A stretch of DNA of 64,000 bases from an uncultured virus (IMG/VR IMGVR_UViG_3300027969_000078) (Duplodnaviria > Heunggongvirae > Uroviricota > Caudoviricetes). Positions 56,982 to 64,000 of this stretch are shown here, piece after piece. Position 1 is the first letter of the stretch. Every line of letters starts with the position of its first letter. The notes below the pieces were generated by a model. The model was not told where the DNA came from, searched no databases, and saw only the letters and a list, made by a program, of their open reading frames with translations. Where the stretch lies: IMG/VR virus record IMGVR_UViG_3300027969_000078; one strand, 5' to 3'. A program made the position numbers and the translations under genes.

Positions 56982-57548
56982 CTATGAGTATTGTTTAAAT
57001 GTATAAATAGGCTCAGAGCACATATTATCATATTTGATTGCAATGGCGATAGCCTTGCGAATCATTGTCTCTGCCTGATTGACTGTCTTTACTTTTTCCA
57101 CACCCAACGCTGCCAATGCACCGAGGGCAACATCTCCGCCAGAACCCATAACATATACATTGCGAACATCGGTATCCCAAGAATAGTCATCCGAGACCGA
57201 GAAGACTTGGCCTTTGACTGAGATAAGGAATCCACCTTCGTTTTGCGCAACATCGCCGTCCTCTTTAATATCTATTCCTGCATCAATAAAGTTCTTACGC
57301 ATCTGAGGAATAAACTTCTGCGTCATGTATAGATTTAAATCTTCTTTAAGCGTAGGCTTTGGCTGTACATAGCCATAGTGTAGCACGTTGCTTGTACGTG
57401 ATGAACCACAACCAGCAATCAATACTCCATTGTTTTCTACAATCTTTGGAGTCTTGCTTACTTGAAACCTACCGTGTTCATCGCTAAGGCGAGAATCACA
57501 CCCTAGTACCGACCATCCGTCACCCTGAATCGCTACTAACGTAGTCAT
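56982..57548 (-). CDS. Ntn-hydrolase, HslV/proteasome beta-like protease (phage B)
   Basis: MTTLVA...CDSR...PKI...MGSGG. Confidence 0.8.
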   Translation of the reverse strand: MTTLVAIQGDGWSVLGCDSRLSDEHGRFQVSKTPKIVENNGVLIAGCGSSRTSNVLHYGYVQPKPTLKEDLNLYMTQKFIPQMRKNFIDAGIDIKEDGDVAQNEGGFLISVKGQVFSVSDDYSWDTDVRNVYVMGSGGDVALGALAALGVEKVKTVNQAETMIRKAIAIAIKYDNMCSEPIYTFKQYS

Positions 57549-57550
57549 CA

Positions 57551-59320
57551 TTATCCCCTAGTTGTTACTCGTCCCGTTGCCTTGCCGCTACCGCTAAGGG
57601 TAGATAAGATTGTTTGTAAGTCTGGTGGTGGTGCTTGTGGAGCCATTCCTTCTGGAGGAAGGCCTCCTGCTGGAGCCGCTCCTGGAACAGGGGACGGCTG
57701 CTCAACAGGGGAAGGTGCAGCCCCAACAGGAGGAACTGGTTGCTGTGGAGCAAATATCTCTGAGATAGCATCTTCTAGGCTTACACCTTTTTGACGCGCA
57801 GTGATAACTCCTGCAATCTTGGTTACTATATCTGCTGGATTTCCACCTGATGTTGCCATCGCTGGAATAGCCTGCGCCATAGCGGTGATACCGCCAAGAA
57901 GTGACTGACGCATGTTTTCAATTTCAATCTTTTCAAGTTCCTGTGTAACGTTAACTGTGAATGGTAGTTCACGCATGGCCATATCTTTAGAGATAAGACC
58001 GCCGCCTAGAGCCTGTAGCATGAAGATAAGGCCCTGTGCTGGGTTAAGACCAGCAAGCATACCGTAGCGTACATCAGCCGAGTAATCGTTCTTGATGTCC
58101 TTGCTTGGTCGGTATGTAATCTCGTAAGGTGAGCCAGAGTCGACACCACGAATGGTCTTTTCTGCTGGATAAATCTTCTCATCAACTTCAAAGCAAAGGC
58201 TGATGATGTCGCGCAAAGATGCAGCAAAGATTGCTTGCGCTGCCTTGACCTGGGTATCAAAGGCTCCCATAAGAGCCTGAACGCCTTGGCCAGTAACGAT
58301 GCTTGCATCAATGTTACCAGAACGTCCTTCTGGGTAACGAGTACCAGCGCGAAGTTCTTGGTTGAGCAGTGCTGACTCAGTAAATGCGCCTTGTGGTAGA
58401 GACAATTCTACACGTCGAACGCCAGCAGGGTTGGCGGTACGAATAACCGCATCGCCACCCAACTGGAGTTCTTGTACGTCTTGAGGTAGTACGATTGGTG
58501 CTTGAACACTCTTCTCTGCTGCTTCCATTGCCAATAGGGCGAAACGGTTGCGGAGAAGTTGAATACCTAATACGTCGTCGAATTGTCCACGCAGTTCACC
58601 ATCAATGGATGGCTTACGCGCCACGACAACCATCATCTTACCTAGCGGATTGGCTGCGTAAGATAAAACTAAATTCTGTCTTGTTGGCAAGTAGATAAGA
58701 GACTGGTCTTTATCGTAGTACCGAATGAGTTCTAGTTGTGAATACAAGTCCTGCTTGTATCCGTTTGGCCCTAGAAGTTCACGCTCATACTCTGGGAACT
58801 GTGTAACCAGTTCTCCAAGGGTCATGAGATATCGTTTAGCAAATGCGACACAGCGCCCGTAGCGGTCAAATTCTGGGTAAGCCCCAATTGGATTTTCTAC
58901 GCGAATGCGAGGCATCTTTGCTTCTTCGTCCAATTCAATCATGAAAGGAACGAAACCGTATGTTAGATACCAATCAGCACCAGAGTACATCTGGATTGAA
59001 AGGTCTGAGTGTGAGAAATAGTTAGATGCAATACGGGTGCGCTTATCAGCAAAAGCACGTGCTTTATCGCTGACTGAGTTAGCCGCTGAGCAGTTTACTG
59101 CTGGAAGCGGAGCCATGACTTCGGATAGGTCACGGGCTACAACATCAATGAAGTTAGCAACTACGTTGGCATCTACGCCATCTGGAAAAAAATCAGGGTA
59201 TACCTGTGAGATTTTACCCTTGCGGACAGCAAGAACATCCTGGTTGCGAGCATCGCGCTCGCTATTGCGATAGCGCAACGCTTCAACGCGTGCGGCTACC
59301 TGCTCCATTGTTAATGCCAT
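57551..59320 (-). CDS. Portal protein (phage B)
   Basis: Downstream of terL; 589 aa; Pro-rich tail. Confidence 0.8.
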   Translation of the reverse strand: MALTMEQVAARVEALRYRNSERDARNQDVLAVRKGKISQVYPDFFPDGVDANVVANFIDVVARDLSEVMAPLPAVNCSAANSVSDKARAFADKRTRIASNYFSHSDLSIQMYSGADWYLTYGFVPFMIELDEEAKMPRIRVENPIGAYPEFDRYGRCVAFAKRYLMTLGELVTQFPEYERELLGPNGYKQDLYSQLELIRYYDKDQSLIYLPTRQNLVLSYAANPLGKMMVVVARKPSIDGELRGQFDDVLGIQLLRNRFALLAMEAAEKSVQAPIVLPQDVQELQLGGDAVIRTANPAGVRRVELSLPQGAFTESALLNQELRAGTRYPEGRSGNIDASIVTGQGVQALMGAFDTQVKAAQAIFAASLRDIISLCFEVDEKIYPAEKTIRGVDSGSPYEITYRPSKDIKNDYSADVRYGMLAGLNPAQGLIFMLQALGGGLISKDMAMRELPFTVNVTQELEKIEIENMRQSLLGGITAMAQAIPAMATSGGNPADIVTKIAGVITARQKGVSLEDAISEIFAPQQPVPPVGAAPSPVEQPSPVPGAAPAGGLPPEGMAPQAPPPDLQTILSTLSGSGKATGRVTTRG

Positions 59321-59347
59321 TGTTATCCTAACGATTAAAGGGGAGAA

Positions 59348-59653
59348 TTATTTCTTTTTAGCAATTTCACGCATAATTGGATTAACCTCACGGCGAATGA
59401 TTGCTGCGCCACGAGCCAAAGTGCGTTGACGGTCTAAAATTCTTTTATCCTGAATTTGTTTTTTTTGTTCAGCAGATAACTTTTCTGCTCCCTTTGGCAA
59501 AGTAAAGAGAGTGTCTTTTGGTAGTTTATTGAATCGTCTCTGTTGGTCAAGCGTCATTGGAAATTCATATACATCATTTGGCTTGTAAACCTTTGCCACA
59601 GCCTTACCGCCTTGGCCTGTAATGCCAGCAACTTTTCGAGGTTTCATTGTCAT
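59348..59653 (-). CDS. Basic hypothetical protein
   Basis: Shares GIxGxGG..VxKxYK with its neighbour. Confidence 0.55.
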   Translation of the reverse strand: MTMKPRKVAGITGQGGKAVAKVYKPNDVYEFPMTLDQQRRFNKLPKDTLFTLPKGAEKLSAEQKKQIQDKRILDRQRTLARGAAIIRREVNPIMREIAKKK

Positions 59654-59654
59654 T

Positions 59655-59957
59655 TTACTTCTTCTTTTTCTTTAGGTTTTGTCTATCAATTTCTAGTTGC
59701 TTCTGAAAAGAAATAGTTTCGGGAGACTCTACTGGAATAGTTCTAAATGCATACTTTAGTTTTTCCAAAAACGACTTTTGATTACCAGTTTCTTTGTAAT
59801 CTTTACCTACGTTTCTTCCTCCAGTGCCAGAAATACCACTTGTTGTTCTTGCGGTTAAGTCGGTGCTGTAACGTCTTGCTGTTGCCCTACCCACGACTGC
59901 AGCCTTAACCTTAGCCTTTGGTGTCATAGGCTTTGGTGAATATGATGTTGATGCCAT
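59655..59957 (-). CDS. Basic hypothetical protein
   Basis: GAGG RBS; GISGTGGRNVGKDYK. Confidence 0.55.
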   Translation of the reverse strand: MASTSYSPKPMTPKAKVKAAVVGRATARRYSTDLTARTTSGISGTGGRNVGKDYKETGNQKSFLEKLKYAFRTIPVESPETISFQKQLEIDRQNLKKKKK

Positions 59958-59970
59958 TTTATTTTCCTCT

Positions 59971-61833
59971 TTAGTATTGGTTTGACCATTGTGTGGCAAA
60001 TTCGTCGTCTAAGTTAATTGCCATTCTGCGTTGCGTCTGAGCGCGAGTAGCCCACCTGTTATTAGCATACTGTGATGCCTGGCTTGAGCGTTGCATCATC
60101 TCTCTAATACGGATGATTGTAAACCACAGGGCCATTACAACGTCCGTAGGGTTCTTAGTATCTGGCTTCCAGGTAATAAGTTCCTGTACTAACGTCTTAA
60201 GGCCTTCTGAGCCTTCATTGCTAGGCAGTTCAATCAGGTTGTTATCCTGGAATCTACCATCACGGGTATTACCAAAGAGGGTAGCCATAGATGCCACACC
60301 GAAAGATGTGTCCCACTTGTTCTTGCCAGTAAAGTGTGAGTTTAACTGGGTTCCATATCCTGCCAAGAAGTTACGTAGATTGTCATCCAGGGCGTAAGCC
60401 TTCTGGTGAGCGTTAATTTCAATACGTAGTTCCTGTGGCCGATACTTGTCGACCCACTCTTCAATCAAACTTTGAATCTTAGCAGGTGTAGGCTCTGTCA
60501 TATTGACAGCATCTAGGACGTAGATACGCCCATCTGCCCTGTTATAGGTACATACGACGGCTCCTGTGGCTCCTGCCATAGCAGGGTCAAGTCCGATAAT
60601 GGTATAACCTTCAACGTGCTGTGGATGTCCTGGTGCTCCAGGCTTTAACGGTCCACGCTTTCGCATTCCGTTGACGCTTCCTGCAACGCAGGTTGGTGAG
60701 AAGATGGAATCTTCTTGTACGTCTTCTTGCTGGTAGACCATAGCCCATACCGACGGAGCGACCTCAGAGCGACGCTTAAAGAGAGAAGGTCCGTCCCACT
60801 TGGGATATAGCCCATCATCTAGCACCTCGTCCAGGTCGTTTTCCTGCTGGTCTGTAGCAGGCCATAAAGTTTGCCAGTTCTTTGGTTTTTCATCAAACTG
60901 CAATACTGCTGGCATAGCGCAATATGTGAAAGGGGTCTTGCCACCTGTCCACTGCGAGCCATCTCTAATCATCTTGTAGAGGTCTACAGATGCCACACGG
61001 GTTCCTACAATGATAAGTTTACCGTGTCGTCCCAAACGGGTTATAACTTCCTTTTGCAACCACTCAATTTGTTTTTCCCACTCATGAGCATTAGAACCCA
61101 TCACCACGTCATCTAGGATAATTAAGTCGGCGCGTGCTCCGTAAATCTGCGAACCAAAGCCCAGTGCTTGAACCGTAGGGTCCTTTTCACCTGAGTCACG
61201 TCCTGTGCCTAGATAAATCATGTCGGCAGACCATTGTGTAGCATCTGCCTTATACCCACCATTAGGGCCAAAGGCCGTCTGTAGTTTCATATATCCTGGG
61301 TGGGATAGTCGGGTTTTAATTGCACCCAAAAATTTACGAGCCATACCCTGGGTCTTAGAGACAATGATTACTCGCGTATTAGGGTTGGTCACAATCTTGT
61401 AAGTTACGTAGTTGGTTGTGATAGTAGTGGATTTGGCGTGCTCAGGTGGCACGTTAATCAACACACGGTTCGGGTCGCCTGGCTCGTAGGTCATACCAGA
61501 AGGTAGCCAACGAGGGGTCTTTCCCTCTATCAAATCAATCCAGTCTAGTTGATGGTCAAAAAGACGTGAATCGAGGAATTGCTCTGAAAACTCATGGAAG
61601 GGCATTTCCTTCATATCGGCTAGGTCAGCCTTAATACCTTTGCCAGCAAGTCTGGCTTTATCAGCGGCAGCCTTAAAGTCGGCATTTTGCATTGACCACT
61701 GACGGAAGGCGGTGTCCTGACGGTCTACGGCAGCCATAGCGGCTGTGACGGTCGCACCTTGCTCTAGAAGAGCCAGTACTTTAGCCTGGGCTTCTTCCTT
61801 GGTATAACTCTGTTTTCCTGCTTTGCGTCCCAT
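59971..61833 (-). CDS. terL: Terminase large subunit (phage B) with N-terminal HTH-like extension
   Basis: PPEHAKST Walker A variant, GARADLIILDD, VGTR, GLDPA, DVVMALW. Confidence 0.92.
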   Translation of the reverse strand: MGRKAGKQSYTKEEAQAKVLALLEQGATVTAAMAAVDRQDTAFRQWSMQNADFKAAADKARLAGKGIKADLADMKEMPFHEFSEQFLDSRLFDHQLDWIDLIEGKTPRWLPSGMTYEPGDPNRVLINVPPEHAKSTTITTNYVTYKIVTNPNTRVIIVSKTQGMARKFLGAIKTRLSHPGYMKLQTAFGPNGGYKADATQWSADMIYLGTGRDSGEKDPTVQALGFGSQIYGARADLIILDDVVMGSNAHEWEKQIEWLQKEVITRLGRHGKLIIVGTRVASVDLYKMIRDGSQWTGGKTPFTYCAMPAVLQFDEKPKNWQTLWPATDQQENDLDEVLDDGLYPKWDGPSLFKRRSEVAPSVWAMVYQQEDVQEDSIFSPTCVAGSVNGMRKRGPLKPGAPGHPQHVEGYTIIGLDPAMAGATGAVVCTYNRADGRIYVLDAVNMTEPTPAKIQSLIEEWVDKYRPQELRIEINAHQKAYALDDNLRNFLAGYGTQLNSHFTGKNKWDTSFGVASMATLFGNTRDGRFQDNNLIELPSNEGSEGLKTLVQELITWKPDTKNPTDVVMALWFTIIRIREMMQRSSQASQYANNRWATRAQTQRRMAINLDDEFATQWSNQY

Positions 61834-62429
61834 GTTATTTCCTGTCCCTAAACGGTGATTTAACGCTTCTTAGAAACGGCATAACTTTCCCACCTGTATT
61901 ACAAAAAATTCAAAAATCTATATATATAGGAGCGGAGTCTTAAACGGAGCGACTCCGTATATATTTATCTATATACTATAGAAGACCCGTTCAAACGGGT
62001 CTTTTCCGAGTGGGTTGGGAAAGTATTTTCCCGAACCCCTTTATCTTAAGCGTACGATGTGACGTACGTCACACATCCCGAGGAGTACTTAAAGTACTCT
62101 GAAGGGGGGCAATTAAATATAACAGAAAATTATTTAGGGAGTATATATATATAAAAGAACCTCGATTTAATAAATCTCGGGTCAAACATTGCGCTTGCGC
62201 GCATATTCTGCGCTCTTTATTGTTGTGGGAATTGTGAATGAGTGACTATCCCCCGAAGGGGTTTAGATAATAGATATTCCCCCCGATAAAATAAAATATA
62301 ATCGGTGAAGGTGTCGGCATCTCTCGCGCCCGACTTATACCACGCCCGCGCCTATGCTCCCCGCCATATTCCCCCGCGTGTCGGCTCACGCTCCCGCGCT
62401 CACGCTCAACCCGCCCGCGCTCCCGCCCG

Positions 62430-62443
62430 TTCGGTTAACCGAA
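62430..62443. repeat. Palindrome TTCGGTTAACCGAA, copy 1 of 3 (others at 63335-63348 and 63430-63443)
   Basis: Exact 14-bp palindrome seen three times near early promoters. Confidence 0.85.
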
Positions 62444-62571
62444 TGACCCCCGACCCGCCAAAGAAATCACCCCCCCGACCCTTGCGCTTGGTGTTGCGAT
62501 ATTGGAAATCGTGGTATCGTTCTCTTATGCCAAACGGCATTCAGTACCCAACCAGAAATGAGAAATAAAAA

Positions 62572-63168
62572 ATGGCTACAAAGTCAAAGGCTCCAAAGTC
62601 AGTAGAAATCAAGGCTCCAAAGATTGCAACCGCTTGGAATGGTGTCTGCACCACTTCTGCAAAGTCGGAGAATGAAATCGTGAAAGCGATTGAGAACCTT
62701 AGCGCGACCCTAATTCTTGAGTCCCGCCTATCAGTTGCCGACCAGAAGAAGTTCATCAAAGGCTTGGAAGATAGTGGCAAGGTGTCCTCATTCGTGAAGT
62801 CATCTCACGCGCCAGCGCTCCCAACTTGGTCAAAGTTGCGCGCCCTACACGCGGACTTCCGCGCCCTACCTATCGCCAAGCAACTCTCAACCGCCGCCGC
62901 ATCATACGACCTTCTTGGCGCTGGCAAGGGTGAGCAATATAAGACCCTAGAAATCTTGACCAAAGAAATCGCGGGTGTTCGCAAGAATAAGGCTGAGAAG
63001 GCTAAAGCGGGAGCATCAACACCCGCAAAGGCTAAGGCTCCAAAGGATACGCTGAAAGACATCCTCGCATTCTTCACCGCGTTGGATACTTCTACCCTAG
63101 AAGATGCTCAACTGGACACCCTAGTAGAAATCCAGTTCATCTTAGAAGGTAAGATGGCAAGCGCATAA
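62572..63168 (+). CDS. Hypothetical protein, first gene of the divergent early region
   Basis: 198-aa ORF; upstream TGG-TATCGT; downstream terminator. Confidence 0.75.
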   Translation: MATKSKAPKSVEIKAPKIATAWNGVCTTSAKSENEIVKAIENLSATLILESRLSVADQKKFIKGLEDSGKVSSFVKSSHAPALPTWSKLRALHADFRALPIAKQLSTAAASYDLLGAGKGEQYKTLEILTKEIAGVRKNKAEKAKAGASTPAKAKAPKDTLKDILAFFTALDTSTLEDAQLDTLVEIQFILEGKMASA

Positions 63169-63180
63169 GCAAGAAGAAGA

Positions 63181-63211
63181 TAGCCCCCGCGAAAGCGGGG
63201 GTTATTTTTTT
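63181..63211 (+). terminator. Intrinsic terminator
   Basis: agcccccgc-gaaa-gcgggggtt followed by a T run. Confidence 0.9.
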
Positions 63212-63354
63212 GCCCAAAAATTCGGCCGACACAAACCAACACAAACCGAATACTGGCAAGGAACGACCAGCGACAAGAAACTTTTTTCCGACACAAACAA
63301 ATCACAGGGCAGGGCAGGCAAGAGATTAGCGGCGTTCGGTTAACCGAATGGTAC

Positions 63355-63383
63355 TTGACGGATATTTAGCCATAGGGTAGACT
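63355..63383 (+). promoter_or_regulatory. Sigma-A-like promoter
   Basis: TTGACG-N17-TAGACT. Confidence 0.75.
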
Positions 63384-63460
63384 AGTGTCTATCAGCGAGG
63401 CTCCTGCCTAGTTGGTATCCAACCTAGTGTTCGGTTAACCGAACAGAGAGTGAGAACGAA

Positions 63461-63595
63461 ATGTTAGACCTGAATGAGTTAAGCGCTCACTTAGAAGTAC
63501 AGACCAACATTCTAAATGAGAAGCGAGCAGAGCAAGAAAAGTACGAGCAAGGCGTTCGTGCTATCAAAGAAGCAACCAACAAGGAGATGATGTAA
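63461..63595 (+). CDS. 44-aa hypothetical protein
   Basis: Hand-translated; TAATG coupling. Confidence 0.55.
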   Translation: MLDLNELSAHLEVQTNILNEKRAEQEKYEQGVRAIKEATNKEMM

Positions 63596-63771
63596 TGAGC
63601 CAGCCAACAGGAGTAGCACTACGCGTTACCAACAAAGACGGCAAGGAGTCGTTTCCATCATATGAGGCTTGGGGTTGGGATAAGGTCAATGATATTATTC
63701 AGGGAACCTTAGCCATTGACCACGTTGCAAAGGTTGAAATCGTAGACGTTAATATCAGAGAGGGTATGTAA
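63595..63771 (+). CDS. 58-aa hypothetical protein
   Basis: AAGGAG RBS; TAATG coupling. Confidence 0.6.
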   Translation: MSQPTGVALRVTNKDGKESFPSYEAWGWDKVNDIIQGTLAIDHVAKVEIVDVNIREGM

Positions 63772-63884
63772 TGATTACTTGGAGCATTGACGACCCGAAT
63801 GGTCTTAATGATGATGAACTAGAAGTATTTAGAGCAGATATACAAGATGCTATTGACGGCGTTGTAGAAGATTGGGGCATTTGA
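63771..63884 (+). CDS. 37-aa acidic hypothetical protein
   Basis: GAGG RBS; coupled. Confidence 0.5.
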   Translation: MITWSIDDPNGLNDDELEVFRADIQDAIDGVVEDWGI

Positions 63885-63909
63885 CCAAAACTTATGCAGG
63901 TGGTAGACT
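63881..63909 (+). promoter_or_regulatory. Sigma-A-like promoter
   Basis: TTGACC-N17-TAGACT; downstream sequence resembles that of the 63355 promoter. Confidence 0.75.
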
Positions 63910-64000
63910 AGTCTTATTGGCGAGCCTACCTTTCGTTGGGTAGGGTAGGCTGGTGGCTCACGATAGGCATTTACGCAGGTGCGAGTCCTGCGGTGAGCGC

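Larger units (their letters stand above)
40763..64000. mobile_element. Phage B: partial podovirus-like phage genome
   Basis: Second TerL, portal, MCP and scaffold; large ejection-type proteins; no tape measure or tail tube; divergent early region from 62572. Confidence 0.8.

Noticed and set aside
62305..62568. 87-aa Pro/Arg-rich ORF
   Set aside because: Translation of a low-complexity C-rich tract that contains promoter and palindrome elements
1..64000. One phage with two morphogenesis systems, or a helper-satellite fusion
   Set aside because: Not excluded, but a k-mer-sized repeat at the window start and perfect circularisation of A make an assembly chimera simpler

Overview
The window is all tailed-phage DNA from an actinobacterial host: there is a WhiB gene and leaderless TAnnnT-N6-ATG promoters. 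The moderate GC suggests a freshwater acI-like host, but that is inference. It holds two unrelated virion and packaging gene sets. Phage A (about 1-40635) is siphovirus-like: TerL, portal, MuF, protease/scaffold, capsid, tail tube, frameshifted tail chaperones, tape measure, lysis genes, tRNA-Gln and early recombination/regulatory genes. Phage B (about 40763-64000, partial) is podovirus-like: TerL, portal, large ejection proteins, scaffold, N4-gp56-like capsid, a cluster of basic proteins and a tail fibre. Bases 1-127 are repeated exactly at 40636-40762, so A closes as a 40,635-bp circle. A's uncalled collagen-like fibre and B's tail fibre both run in frame into the same fibre segment, which leads to an Asp-box C-terminal module. 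The join is probably an assembly chimera, but it implies a recently shared receptor-binding module. Best candidates for new systems: (1) an inverted beta-propeller glycosyltransferase/phosphorylase + TPR + FkbM methyltransferase cassette beside a Thr-rich collagen fibre; (2) a prohead-protease polyprotein with two KHGDHDQSDH-tagged acidic cargo modules; (3) a promoter-driven, highly structured ~350-nt non-coding element in a genome with no recognisable replication genes; (4) a ParB + GREB1/TAGT-like glycosyltransferase pair with no visible base-modifying partner; (5) a repeated promoter plus covarying AATCAG-loop leader hairpin. All product calls come from motifs read by eye; no searches were run.
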